A stretch of DNA of 64,000 bases from Candidatus Kaiserbacteria bacterium (lineage in GTDB: Bacteria; Patescibacteriota; Minisyncoccia; Phycocordibacterales; Phycocordibacteraceae). The stretch lies in NCBI GenBank assembly GCA_029288865.1, contig JARIGM010000035.1:26258-90257 (forward strand), in the 5' to 3' direction. Positions 1 through 10,093 of this stretch are shown piece after piece; the stretch's first letter is position 1, and every line of letters starts with the position of its first letter. The position numbers and the translations under genes were made by a program. The notes beneath the pieces were generated by a model. It saw only the letters and a list, made by a program, of their open reading frames with translations, searched no databases and was not told the origin of the DNA.

Positions 1-692
1 GCGCGTTCCAGTACTTCATCAAGTGGGGTCACCGCACCGATCTCCACCTTTACGTCTTCGGCTGTACGCTCGCCGATTGCGAGCTGGAACTCACTTCGCA
101 CATAGTCGATGATGTTCTCGTTAAAACGATCGCCCGCGACGTGCGAGCTCTTTGACGAAACAGTCCCACCGAGGGCTAAGACTGAAATGTCTGTCGTACC
201 TGCGCCGATGTCGAGCACCATCGTGCCCACTGCCTCTGTGATCGGAAGTTTCGCGCCGATCGCACCAGCTGTCGGTTCTTCGAGGATGAACACTTCGCGC
301 GCGCCTGAAGTCATCGCAGCATCGCGCACCGCACGGCTTTCAACGTTCGTAACACCGGTCGGCACACCAACGACGACGCGTGGACCGAGCAATCGAGAGC
401 GATCTCCTTGTGCCTTTTGTATGAAATATGCGAGCAGCTCCTGGGTCACTTCGAAGTCTGAGATGACTCCATGCTGGAGCGGACGGACAGCGCGGATATG
501 CGGCGGCGTTTTGCCGAGCATTACCTTCGCTTCCTTCCCCACTGCTACCACCTGTCCCGTCTTGTCATTCACTGCCACAACGGATGGCTCGTTCATCACG
601 ATGCCGCGGCCGCGCACGTACACGAGCGTATTTCCAGTACCGAGGTCGATACCGATGTCACTTGAGAAAAGATTTCGTGTCCACTTAGCCAT
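1..692 (-). CDS. mreB: Rod shape-determining protein MreB (3' end outside window)
   Basis: Read by hand on the minus strand: ATG at 692, MAKWTRNLFSSDIGIDLGTGNTLVYVRGRGIVMNEPSVVA, later VLDIGAGTTDISVLALGG. Absent from the ORF track because it is truncated. Confidence 0.93.
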   Translation of the reverse strand, partial: MAKWTRNLFSSDIGIDLGTGNTLVYVRGRGIVMNEPSVVAVNDKTGQVVAVGKEAKVMLGKTPPHIRAVRPLQHGVISDFEVTQELLAYFIQKAQGDRSRLLGPRVVVGVPTGVTNVESRAVRDAAMTSGAREVFILEEPTAGAIGAKLPITEAVGTMVLDIGAGTTDISVLALGGTVSSKSSHVAGDRFNENIIDYVRSEFQLAIGERTAEDVKVEIGAVTPLDEVLER

Positions 693-693
693 A

Positions 694-1938
694 TTATTGC
701 GGGAGCAGTTCTTCGCGATCTACACGGATCACTTCACCAGTTGCGCGAGATACCACCTCGAGCGTCTTACCTTCGAGCGCTTCCTTTCCGACGACGATGC
801 GATACGGAATACCGATGAGATCGCTATCCGCGAACTTCTCTCCTGCACGCGCATCGCGATCGTCATAAAGCACTGAAGCACCGCGAAGAGTGAGGAGATC
901 ATAGAGCTCATCGGCATATGAAACCGCATCTGCATTATTCGGCATAGCGTTCACGAGATGATACTTGAATGGTGCGATCGATTCTGGCCAGACGATTCCC
1001 TTCTCATCCGAGAGAAGCTCGACGACCGTGCCCATCAAGCGCCCAAGACCGATGCCATACGCACCATTCACTGGAATTTGATCTTCACCATTCTCATCCT
1101 TAAACGTTACTCCTAGTTCTGAGGTGTATCGCGTTCCGTACTTGAATATATTTCCTACCTCAATAGACTTTGCTTCTCGTAACGACTCACGCGTTATGCC
1201 GAGTCCTGCAAGAATGTCATCCTGCAATACCTCTTCATTTACCGCGATTCCTTTTTCATCGTTGATATAAATTATGTCCTCTCCTGCATCGCAGATAGTC
1301 TGGAATTCGTGACTAAATTTTGAGAACATGCCGCCCGAAGCAAAAGTCACAAATGTCTTATCGCCAATACCGGCGCGCTCATAAACATTCTTATATGCTT
1401 GTATTGCTTTCTCGTAGAACGCATCCAGATCTTCCTGATTACGATGATACGAATACATATCCTTCATCAAGAATTCTCGGCCACGCATGATGCCTGACTT
1501 TGCGCGCAATTCGTTACGAAATTTCGTTTGGAATTGATACGTAACCCGTGGCAGGTCACGATATGAAGAGATGTATTCACGAAGCATGCGTGCCATCGGT
1601 TCTTCGTGAGTACAACCAAGCCCGAGTTCAGAATCGTTCTTTAATTTTGTCTTGAACCAAACATCAACTTTCTCGTCATCCCATCGATTACTCATCTTCC
1701 ATATTTCTGGATCCTGGAGTGCACTCAACAAAACCTCCTGTCCTCCGATAGCATTCATCTCCTCCCGAATTATTTGTCGGATATTATCCATAACCCGGAG
1801 TCCGAGTGGCAGATAGTCATACACACCTGCCATTTCTTTACTTACAAATCCAGCACGAATGAGTAGCTGCGCGTTCTTGGAGACCTCATCTGAAGGAGCT
1901 TCTCGTCGAGTTTTGGTGAAGAGTTGTGATTGCCGCAT
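694..1938 (-). CDS. proS: Prolyl-tRNA synthetase, short form without editing domain
   Basis: MRQSQLF start, LLIRAGF, THEE, FRNELRAKSGIMRGREFLMKDMYS, IEVGNIF, YGIGLGR, GEKFADSDLIGIP. Start moved to ATG 1938. Confidence 0.95.
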   Translation of the reverse strand: MRQSQLFTKTRREAPSDEVSKNAQLLIRAGFVSKEMAGVYDYLPLGLRVMDNIRQIIREEMNAIGGQEVLLSALQDPEIWKMSNRWDDEKVDVWFKTKLKNDSELGLGCTHEEPMARMLREYISSYRDLPRVTYQFQTKFRNELRAKSGIMRGREFLMKDMYSYHRNQEDLDAFYEKAIQAYKNVYERAGIGDKTFVTFASGGMFSKFSHEFQTICDAGEDIIYINDEKGIAVNEEVLQDDILAGLGITRESLREAKSIEVGNIFKYGTRYTSELGVTFKDENGEDQIPVNGAYGIGLGRLMGTVVELLSDEKGIVWPESIAPFKYHLVNAMPNNADAVSYADELYDLLTLRGASVLYDDRDARAGEKFADSDLIGIPYRIVVGKEALEGKTLEVVSRATGEVIRVDREELLPQ

Positions 1939-1983
1939 ACGAGGTATTGTACGGCGAAACCTCCTCAGGAGCAAAGCGTTGAG

Positions 1984-3087
1984 CTAGACAAACAGCTTGA
2001 ATATGTCGTGCGCAGAAACCACGACCATAAGGATGAGCAGGAGTACGAATCCGACAGCGTTAACGCGTTCCGCGATCTTCGGATTTATAGGCTTACGGGT
2101 TGCTGCTTCGATGAGCACGAACAAGAGGCGACCGCCATCGAGGGCTGGCATCGGGATGAGGTTAATGAGTGCGAGATTGATGGAGATGAGGCCAGTGAGG
2201 GTGAGGAGGGCACCAAAGCCTGTATCAGATGCCTGCCCTACCGCCTTCGCGATGCCGATCGGTCCGCTCACCTGTGAGAGGTCTGCCTTGAAAAGGAATA
2301 TGTTCTTGAAGAAATCATAGAGACCGATTGCAGTCTCCTTTGTCATCTCCCAGGTGTAGCTGAGACCTTCGAGCGGCGCTTGGAGTATTGGCGTCTTCAC
2401 GGTGCCGATCGAGGCAAGTGCAATGCCGAGACCAGGGTGAGTCGGCTCGCTTGGAATGGTTCCCTTCTTTGGGGTCGCAACGATCTGCATTACGTCTGTT
2501 CCGCGACGGACTTGAAACTGCATCGGCGTCTCTTCCGTGTCTTGCCCGATAAGCATAGCTAAGCCTCCAGGATTATTGCCTGCATAGCTCATCGCTTGGA
2601 CCTTGGTACTGGTCGTAGCGGAAAGGATCTCGTCGCCACGCTTGAACCCAGCAATATCTGCTGGACCGCCCTTCGTCACATCGGCGAATACGATTACCGC
2701 ATCTTTGCTCGTCGAGAGCTGTTGAGGAGTGAGCACCTGCTGCGTGCCAATGATGAGCGCAATCGTGAGCACTATGTAAGCGAAGAGCACGTTCATCACT
2801 ATTCCCGCAACCAACGTAAGGGCCTGAAGTAGCTTGGACTTCGCTGTGAATGCCTCCGCACCTTCGGCACCATCCTCGCCATAGATACGCACGAAGCCAC
2901 CGAATGGCAGCCAGTTCAGTGTGTATTCAGTTCCTTTTATCGTCGCGATCGTGAGTGCGCGCGGCGGATAGCCGATACCAAATTCATCCACGCGCATGCC
3001 GGACAGTTTGGCCACGACGAAGTGTCCGATCTCATGCACAAGGATCAGCACGACAAGCACGAGTATGAAAATCAGGACGCCGATCAT
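1984..3087 (-). CDS. rseP: Site-2 intramembrane zinc metalloprotease with PDZ domain
   Basis: HEIGH, LPFGGFVRIYGE, NLIPMPALDGG motifs. Confidence 0.92.
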   Translation of the reverse strand: MIGVLIFILVLVVLILVHEIGHFVVAKLSGMRVDEFGIGYPPRALTIATIKGTEYTLNWLPFGGFVRIYGEDGAEGAEAFTAKSKLLQALTLVAGIVMNVLFAYIVLTIALIIGTQQVLTPQQLSTSKDAVIVFADVTKGGPADIAGFKRGDEILSATTSTKVQAMSYAGNNPGGLAMLIGQDTEETPMQFQVRRGTDVMQIVATPKKGTIPSEPTHPGLGIALASIGTVKTPILQAPLEGLSYTWEMTKETAIGLYDFFKNIFLFKADLSQVSGPIGIAKAVGQASDTGFGALLTLTGLISINLALINLIPMPALDGGRLLFVLIEAATRKPINPKIAERVNAVGFVLLLILMVVVSAHDIFKLFV

Positions 3088-3090
3088 GAC

Positions 3091-3642
3091 TTAAGAGCTA
3101 ATTTCGTCGTGCTTCTTTTTCGCAAGCGCATCGAGTGCAGCTGTGCCAGCATCGACCCGCTTCTGCACGTCTTCTTTCAAGCGGAAGATCTCGTCTTTGC
3201 TGATGCCGCCATCTTTTTCTGAAGCTTCGATCGACTTGATCGTTTCTGCGCGGTGGCCACGAAGCGTCACCTTTGCCTGTTCTACTTTATCGTTCGCGAG
3301 CTTGAGGAGCATGCTGCGGCGTTCAGCTGTGAGCTCAGGGAAAAAGACCCGAAGCCCTTGATCATCCACAGAGGTTGAGATGCCGAGATCGGCTTCCATG
3401 ATCGCTTTCTCGATGCTCTTTGTGATGCTCTTATCCCATGGCGAGATGCGGAGCGTGCGCGCGTCTTCGATAGTGACCGACGCGACCTGATTGATTGCAG
3501 TGCGAGATCCGTACACTTCTGCTTTCACGCTATCGAGCAGCATCGGAGAAGCGCGCCCTGTGCGAATACTCGTGAACTCGCGCGTAAGCCACTCCTCTGT
3601 TTCTTTAATTTCCTTGTCGAACGGTCCGAAGTCGTATGCCAT
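3091..3642 (-). CDS. frr: Ribosome recycling factor
   Basis: IRTGRASP, ISPWDKS, PELTAERR. Confidence 0.95.
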   Translation of the reverse strand: MAYDFGPFDKEIKETEEWLTREFTSIRTGRASPMLLDSVKAEVYGSRTAINQVASVTIEDARTLRISPWDKSITKSIEKAIMEADLGISTSVDDQGLRVFFPELTAERRSMLLKLANDKVEQAKVTLRGHRAETIKSIEASEKDGGISKDEIFRLKEDVQKRVDAGTAALDALAKKKHDEISS

Positions 3643-3658
3643 ATGTAGGTGTAGTGTA

Positions 3659-4357
3659 TCAAAGGCTGGCAGGCATCACCAGCAAAACATGCTCGAAGAT
3701 GAGCTTGAGGGGTGCCGAGCGTTCGTGGAGGATTGGTAAGAATGTTTCAAGATCAGTGAGGAACTGACGGAATTCTCTCTTGCGTTCTTGCGCGATTTCC
3801 TTCAGCCATGCTGCATGCGTGGTGACGATAAGCCCCTCGATAAGTTGCAGCGCGGCAAGTCGTGCGGCCTGCTTCTCGTCATCTTTATCAGACTTCGCCC
3901 GATCAAGCAGCTTCGAGACAATCTTCTCACGTTCGGCTGGCGATACATCGAGGAATTCGCGCGCGCCATGACCGACTGAATTATGGGACGCACCGCGAGA
4001 CGGAAGGACGAGCAGGCGTGAACGGAGTGTCGGCAAGAGCATCCCTTCTGCCGGAAGCACGAGAATCACGACCGTGCCGCTCGGCGGCTCCTCGAAGAAT
4101 TTCAAGAGCGCATTCTGCGCCTCATGGAAGATGCGGGCTGCCGACACGATGAGCACCTTGCGATCTCCACGGGTCGGAGCTAATTCTCCAAGGCTTTGCA
4201 GACGGCGTGCGTCATCCACAGACAAAAGCCCATGCCGCAATGTCATCACATCTGGGTTGCCGTGCTGTGCGAGTTCGAGCTCAGTCTCCGCAAACGCGAG
4301 CGCAGCCGCAATCCCCTCTTCTATGTCTCCTGTTATGAAATACGCGTGGTGCGCCAT
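3659..4357 (-). CDS. holB: DNA polymerase III delta-prime-like clamp loader subunit, lacking Zn module
   Basis: HHAYFITG start, NPDV, AQNALLKFFEEPP, LLPTLRSR. Confidence 0.8.
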   Translation of the reverse strand: MAHHAYFITGDIEEGIAAALAFAETELELAQHGNPDVMTLRHGLLSVDDARRLQSLGELAPTRGDRKVLIVSAARIFHEAQNALLKFFEEPPSGTVVILVLPAEGMLLPTLRSRLLVLPSRGASHNSVGHGAREFLDVSPAEREKIVSKLLDRAKSDKDDEKQAARLAALQLIEGLIVTTHAAWLKEIAQERKREFRQFLTDLETFLPILHERSAPLKLIFEHVLLVMPASL

Positions 4358-4422
4358 TCCTTGATTCTACCCCAAGCGAGCGGATAGTGCTGACGGACAG
4401 ATCCGATAGAACTATCCGCGAG

Positions 4423-5445
4423 CTACTTCTTCGAGATGATGCTCTTCTTATACGTATCCAAATGCCGCAGCGCGATACCGGTGCCGCGCGCGACACAGAA
4501 GTACGCATCGGTCGCGAGGTTTGCGGTGACACCAGTGCGACGATAAACGAGCTCGGGAAGAAGTTTGAGCTGCGAGGTGCCGCCCGTGAGGATGATGCCG
4601 TTGTCGATGATGTCTGAAGCGAGTTCTGGCGGCGTGTCCTGGAGCACGCGGCGTACAGCGCCCATCATCTCGCGAAGCTCGCGATTCATTGCCTGCACGA
4701 CTTCGTTAGTCTTTAACTCCACCGTGCGCGGAAGTCCCGATACAAGATCACGACCCTTCACCGCCATCACCTCTTCTTCCGTAACCGGAACGGCAGCGCC
4801 AATCGTAATCTTGATGTCTTCAGCGGTCTTATCGCCGATCGCGAGATTGTACTGCTTCTTTGCATAGTCGATGATCGCACGATCGAGTTTGTTGCCGGCG
4901 CATTTTACAGATGTCGATGCAACGATGCCGCCGAGCGAGATCACTGCGACGTCGATCGTGCCACCACCGATGTCTGCAACCATGCGACCCATCGGCTCAT
5001 GGATCGGGATTCCTGCACCGATCGCAGCGAGAATCGGCTCCTTCACGACGAACGCATCTTTTGCACCTGCTTTCACTGCCGCTTCGATTACGGCGCGCTT
5101 TTCAGTTGAAGTGACGCCTGCTGGCACGGAGATAAGTACGGTCGGCTTGAAGAGATTGAACCGGCCAAGCGCCTTGCGCATAAAATAGCGGAGCATCGCT
5201 TCGGTCACGCGATAGTCCGCGATGACGCCGTCCTTCATCGGACGATATGCAGTGATGCTGTCCGGCGTGCGTCCCACCATCTGCTTTGCCTCGACGCCGA
5301 TCGCCACGACCTTGTTCGTTTCAGTCGAAACTGCTACCACTGACGGCTCGTTCAGCACGACTCCCTTTCCCGGCACGAACACAAGCACATTCGTCGTTCC
5401 CAGGTCGATGCCGAGTTTTGGTGAGAAGGCTGCCATTTCCCTCAT
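4423..5445 (-). CDS. mreB: MreB/Mbl paralogue
   Basis: GIDLGTTN, EPSVVA, PMKDGVIAD, DIGGGT, TPPELASDI. Confidence 0.93.
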   Translation of the reverse strand: MREMAAFSPKLGIDLGTTNVLVFVPGKGVVLNEPSVVAVSTETNKVVAIGVEAKQMVGRTPDSITAYRPMKDGVIADYRVTEAMLRYFMRKALGRFNLFKPTVLISVPAGVTSTEKRAVIEAAVKAGAKDAFVVKEPILAAIGAGIPIHEPMGRMVADIGGGTIDVAVISLGGIVASTSVKCAGNKLDRAIIDYAKKQYNLAIGDKTAEDIKITIGAAVPVTEEEVMAVKGRDLVSGLPRTVELKTNEVVQAMNRELREMMGAVRRVLQDTPPELASDIIDNGIILTGGTSQLKLLPELVYRRTGVTANLATDAYFCVARGTGIALRHLDTYKKSIISKK

Positions 5446-5536
5446 ATAATACCTGGTTATCCTGCAGAGACAAATTTCACAAACACTTCATAACCGCTTG
5501 AGGTTTATTTTAGGTCCGATCTGGTTGCATATACCC

Positions 5537-5926
5537 ATGAAGCAATTCCTCGCGTGGATCGGATTAAAGATTCGTCTCGACTCGCAACGTACCAAGCCCC
5601 CATCCGTGCGCGAGGGCGAGATCTGGTGGGCGAGCCTCGGCGAAAACATCGGCACGGAAATAAACGGTAAAGGCCGTTCGTTCGCCCGACCGGTCTTAAT
5701 TTTGAAGCGTCTGTCCCAAAACACTTACTTCGCAATACCTACAAGCACTCAGCTTCGAGAAGGCGACTGGTTCATACCGATCCAATACGCGACCTATTCA
5801 GTTGTGGTGTGTTTACATCAAGCTCGAACCATCGATTACAGAAGAATCGACAAGAAACTTGGAACATTATCGCAAGCTCAATTCCAATTGGTAAAAGAAG
5901 GATTGGGACGATTGTATGGATTATAA
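5537..5926 (+). CDS. PemK/MazF-family toxin, no protein antitoxin gene adjacent
   Basis: GEIWWASLGENIGTEINGKG, RPVLIL, IPTST, QARTIDYRRI. Confidence 0.8.
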   Translation: MKQFLAWIGLKIRLDSQRTKPPSVREGEIWWASLGENIGTEINGKGRSFARPVLILKRLSQNTYFAIPTSTQLREGDWFIPIQYATYSVVVCLHQARTIDYRRIDKKLGTLSQAQFQLVKEGLGRLYGL

Positions 5927-5990
5927 AAATGAACTCCCGTGCCTTTCGGCCGGGAGACTGTGGGAGCAAGCCCGTGCAGAACAAGTCTGC
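5925..5990 (-). ncRNA. Candidate structured sRNA convergent with the PemK gene
   Basis: Minus-strand TTGATG(6025-6020)-17-TATAAT(6002-5997), three hairpins, the last GAAA-capped and followed by a T tract. Confidence 0.4.
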
Positions 5991-6055
5991 TCACGTATTA
6001 TATACAATACTGTACCTAGCATCAAGCACTAACGGTTCTGGTATACTAGGCGGAC

Positions 6056-7390
6056 ATGTCACAAGAACACGGCACAACAAAAGAAGAGGAGAAAAAGAAT
6101 TTCGTAGTCGAAGGAGGCCATCAGCTTTCAGGAAGCATCGTCACGAACCGTTCGAAGAACGGTGCGGTCGCCTTGCTTGCCGCATCACTCCTTAATAAAG
6201 GCACGACTCGCCTGAACAAGGTGCCGCATATCGAGGAAGTGCATCGCCTCATCGAAGTATTGCGTTCGATCGGCGTCACTGCCGAGTGGGATGACCACGA
6301 CCTCACCCTTACACCTCCTGCAGAAATCTCGCTCGACACCATCGATCGTGTCGCAGCTGCAAAGACCCGCAGCATCCTCATGTTCATCGGCGCCCTCATT
6401 CACCATTTCCCTGCATTCGATATCCCGCAATCGGGCGGCTGCACGCTCGGACTTCGTTCTGTGCGCCAGCACCTCTGGGCGCTTGAGCGATTCGGCGTCT
6501 CGATCGAAACCCTGACGGACCACTACCACGTGACGCATGATGACCTCTCGCCTGAAACGGTCGTTTTGTACGAAGCGAGCGATACCGCAACGATCAACGC
6601 ACTGCTTGCAGCAGCGCGCATTCCCGGCACGAGCACGATAAAGTACGCATCAGCAAACTATCAGGTGCAGGAGGTGTGCGGGTTCCTCCAGCTGCTTGGC
6701 GTCGACATCCAAGGCATCGGCACCACGACGCTTATCGTGACCGGCGTGCCAGAGATCTCCAAAGACGTAACCTACACCGTCGCAGAGGACCCGACTGATG
6801 CTATGTTTTTCATCGCAGCAGCAGTGAGCACTCATTCATCTCTCCTCATCGAGCGCGTGCCGATCGAATTCCTTGAAGTCGAATTGAATGTACTCGAGAA
6901 GATGGGTCTCCACTACACGGTCCGACCAGTCGGGCTTTCAGAGAACGGCATCACGAAACTCGCCGATCTTTCTATCGAACCATCGGAGCTTGTCGCATTT
7001 CCAGAAAAGATTCACGCTCGCCCCTACCCTGCTCTTAACATCGACAACCTTCCGTTCTTTGCTGTTATCGCAACGCAAGCTGAGGGCACCACACTTATTC
7101 ATGACTGGTCCTACGAGAAGCGTGCCATCTATTACACCGAGCTCGATCGTCTCGGTGCAGACACCGTCCTCATGGATCCGCACCGCATCCAGATAACCGG
7201 GCCACGGCATCTCCGCGGCGCTGAGCTCGTTTCTCCGCCCGCGCTCCGTCCTGCTACCATCCTGCTCATCGGTATGCTCGCTGCCCAAGGAACCTCGATT
7301 CTACGCAATATTTACAGCATCAATCGCGGATATGAAGATATCGTGACGCGTCTCCGCAGCATCGGCGCACAGATTACGGCTACTTCGTAG
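6056..7390 (+). CDS. murA: UDP-N-acetylglucosamine 1-carboxyvinyltransferase
   Basis: SKNGAVALLAA, SGGCTLGLR, ALRPA, INRGYEDI. Confidence 0.93.
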   Translation: MSQEHGTTKEEEKKNFVVEGGHQLSGSIVTNRSKNGAVALLAASLLNKGTTRLNKVPHIEEVHRLIEVLRSIGVTAEWDDHDLTLTPPAEISLDTIDRVAAAKTRSILMFIGALIHHFPAFDIPQSGGCTLGLRSVRQHLWALERFGVSIETLTDHYHVTHDDLSPETVVLYEASDTATINALLAAARIPGTSTIKYASANYQVQEVCGFLQLLGVDIQGIGTTTLIVTGVPEISKDVTYTVAEDPTDAMFFIAAAVSTHSSLLIERVPIEFLEVELNVLEKMGLHYTVRPVGLSENGITKLADLSIEPSELVAFPEKIHARPYPALNIDNLPFFAVIATQAEGTTLIHDWSYEKRAIYYTELDRLGADTVLMDPHRIQITGPRHLRGAELVSPPALRPATILLIGMLAAQGTSILRNIYSINRGYEDIVTRLRSIGAQITATS

Positions 7391-7431
7391 CGCGCCCGCG
7401 GTTTTTCTGATACGCTTGCCGTATTCATCAT

Positions 7432-8220
7432 ATGGAACAGACCCGCACATTTCTCAGCAAGCACATCATTCTCATCCTTCTTGCGATCGTGGTTGCGCTT
7501 GTCGGCGCAACCTACGCGCTCGGCTATCGCATCGAGCCAGGAGGCATCGCTCGCGTCGGCACGCTCACTCTCACTGGTCTGCCTGTGGGCACGACTATCT
7601 ATACTGAGGAGACATACCGTATGACCGTAAAGAAAGCCGGCGATGTATCGCTTGAACTTGGCCCCGGTAACCACTCCGTCGTCGTGAATGCGCCGAATGA
7701 TTACCCGTGGAGCACGATCGCCCGTATCACGTCCAATCAGGAAATGCATGTGACTCCGCTTCTCGTGCACATGAATCTAAAAGTCGCGCAGCTCGATGGC
7801 GCAGATAAGACTCTAGCGATTCGTGCAATTGCAACCTCGACGCTTCCAACACCTCAAGCGCCACTCTCTACGATGAACGGCTGTGTGAACGTATACGTGA
7901 GCAACAATCAGGTGATCGCTACTGCCGCGACCAGCACTCCAGGATGCACGCCTCCGCCCTATCTCTGTGCAGGTGGAACATGCGCTGAGACCATCATCTA
8001 TGCGCCGGTAGCGCATCTGACGAATGTATTCCTCTATCCCGGTCGCCAAGACGCGCTTGCAGTCGCATTCGGCGGCACGCTGTATGCGCTTGCGATTGAT
8101 CCGTCGACTCCACAGTTTTTCGCGCCGCTCGTACGTGGCGCAACCGCGCACTATGGCCAGCTTTCAGACGGCAGCATCGTGGTTCAGGACGGGACTACCG
8201 TCGCAAAGATCGGTTTCTAG
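7432..8220 (+). CDS. Membrane-anchored exported protein, PEGA-like N-terminal region
   Basis: N-terminal TM then YALGYRI...GTLTLTGLP, beta-rich, Cys pairs. Confidence 0.6.
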   Translation: MEQTRTFLSKHIILILLAIVVALVGATYALGYRIEPGGIARVGTLTLTGLPVGTTIYTEETYRMTVKKAGDVSLELGPGNHSVVVNAPNDYPWSTIARITSNQEMHVTPLLVHMNLKVAQLDGADKTLAIRAIATSTLPTPQAPLSTMNGCVNVYVSNNQVIATAATSTPGCTPPPYLCAGGTCAETIIYAPVAHLTNVFLYPGRQDALAVAFGGTLYALAIDPSTPQFFAPLVRGATAHYGQLSDGSIVVQDGTTVAKIGF

Positions 8221-8259
8221 ATAAGTGCACGCTGACGCGGGCAAGAGTAGAATGGAGAC

Positions 8260-10068
8260 ATGTACGTCCTCCAGGTCATTCCTCTTGCGCGAACTGCACC
8301 ACCTGAGCCGCTCACGTATCGCAGCAAGGATGTGTTCATTCCCGGCGCACTCGTCGAAGTATCGCTTCGTAAGACGACCGTACTTGGACTCGTCGTCGCC
8401 TGCGAACCGGTGCAGCATGCGAAAGCAGCCCTCAAGACGGCAGATTTTAGTATTACAAAAAGCGTGCTCCGCGAGCGTGGCGCATTGCCGCCCGCGATCC
8501 GGACTGCAGCGATCATCGTCGCGACCTATCATGCAACTACCATCGGCGCTGTGCTGGCGAGCCTCGTCGTACCCATCATTCCTGAAGAGATTCCTTCCCG
8601 TCTCAGCAAAGGTGAGGAATTTTCCACAATCGCGATCGAAGATCCACGGAAAGACCGCGAAAAGAAATATGAGAAACGATTTGGTGAGGGAATAACACTG
8701 CTTGTAGTTCCGACCCTTGCAGAGGCACGATCTTTTACAGAGCGATATAAGTCTCTGAAGCCACTCGTTATCACCAGCGCGCTCACCCAAAAGAAACGAG
8801 ACGCTGCTGTCGCACTCGCGTGCTCAAGCGATGCGCCGATGCTTATCATCTCGACACCAAGCTATGCCTTCCTGCCGATTCCACGATTGTCGGGAATCAT
8901 CATCGAGCGGCTCAGTGCCGGCGGATACGTGTTCCCTAAGCGTCCATATATAGACATGCGCATCGCGCTCACCGAGCTCGCACGAGCGCGCGAGCTTCCG
9001 ATCGCTTATGGCGACTATCCGCTTCCGCTCGAGTATCGCAGCAAGCCTGCGCTTCCGCTCAAGCATGCGCCGAATGCTCCCGCGAAAATCTTGGATGCGA
9101 GCACGCTCCGTGAAGAAGGCACAAGATGGCTGGCCGTACCGGCACCGATTCGCGACGAAATGGCACGAATCTTGAAAGATAATGGCACAGTCGGGGTGCT
9201 TGCAGCACGCCGGGGGTATGCGCCGTCCGTCGTATGTCGGGATTGCGGGACGACCGTCACGGACGACTATGGCCGTGCGCTTTCGCTTTCGATTGCGAAT
9301 GACAAAAGAATATTTCGCTCTGCCGATGGTCGCACTATCGAGGACATTGGCGGCAAGAAAGTGCTCTGCAAGAAGTGCGGCAGTTGGAACCTCCAGCCGC
9401 TTGGCGTGGGCATCGAACGCGGCGGCGAAGAGCTTGCAATTGCATTTCCTGATGTCGAACTCATCCAAATAGAAAGTGACACACGTTCGGCAAAACTGCA
9501 CAAACAACTTTCAACTCCGCCGAGTGCCGGAAGAATCATCATCGGGACTGAAGCCATGCTCCCCACACTCTCGATCGATACTCCGCTTTCTCTCGGCATC
9601 ATCGCATCCGCAGATTCACTGCTCGCGTTGCCGTTCTGGCGTGCCCGGGAACGATTCGTGCGCGTGGGGCTCATGCTACGCGAACGCAGCGAGCGAATGT
9701 TCCTTGTCACGCGCCGTATGGAAGACACTGCGCTTTCAGGCATCTCCAACCCGACAACTTCTACTTTCTGGGAAGAAGAACTCGGCCTTCGCAAGCTGCT
9801 CAGCTATCCGCCCTTCGGCACACTGGTCGTGTTCAATGCGGAAGGTTCAGCAGAGCGCATTGAATCCGCGCAACGGTATATCAGCGAGGTATGTGCACCG
9901 CACCCTCTCATCACGCTTCCGCCGCGCGGAATCGCAAAGAATATGCTTCGCGGCACGAGCGTGCTCCATGTTCCCGCAGGAGCATGGCCGGATGCAGCCC
10001 TCGCCGAGAAGCTCGCAACCCTTCCGCCGTTTGTCCGCACCCACATCGATTCAGAAACATTCTTTTAA
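8260..10068 (+). CDS. priA: Primosomal protein N' (PriA)-like, degenerate helicase
   Basis: LTYRS/GALVEV N-terminal domain, RRGYAPSVVCRDCG, CKKCGS, GVGIER, YPPFG; lies directly upstream of def-fmt. Confidence 0.8.
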   Translation: MYVLQVIPLARTAPPEPLTYRSKDVFIPGALVEVSLRKTTVLGLVVACEPVQHAKAALKTADFSITKSVLRERGALPPAIRTAAIIVATYHATTIGAVLASLVVPIIPEEIPSRLSKGEEFSTIAIEDPRKDREKKYEKRFGEGITLLVVPTLAEARSFTERYKSLKPLVITSALTQKKRDAAVALACSSDAPMLIISTPSYAFLPIPRLSGIIIERLSAGGYVFPKRPYIDMRIALTELARARELPIAYGDYPLPLEYRSKPALPLKHAPNAPAKILDASTLREEGTRWLAVPAPIRDEMARILKDNGTVGVLAARRGYAPSVVCRDCGTTVTDDYGRALSLSIANDKRIFRSADGRTIEDIGGKKVLCKKCGSWNLQPLGVGIERGGEELAIAFPDVELIQIESDTRSAKLHKQLSTPPSAGRIIIGTEAMLPTLSIDTPLSLGIIASADSLLALPFWRARERFVRVGLMLRERSERMFLVTRRMEDTALSGISNPTTSTFWEEELGLRKLLSYPPFGTLVVFNAEGSAERIESAQRYISEVCAPHPLITLPPRGIAKNMLRGTSVLHVPAGAWPDAALAEKLATLPPFVRTHIDSETFF

Positions 10069-10093
10069 TATCGTGGTGTGATATAGTCCTCGC

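Noticed and set aside
109-876. 255-aa plus-strand ORF
   Set aside because: Antisense shadow of mreB and proS; the same applies to most short overlapping ORFs in the track.
1-5445. Two mreB genes as a recent duplication or assembly artefact
   Set aside because: The proteins are clearly divergent; multiple MreB paralogues are common.
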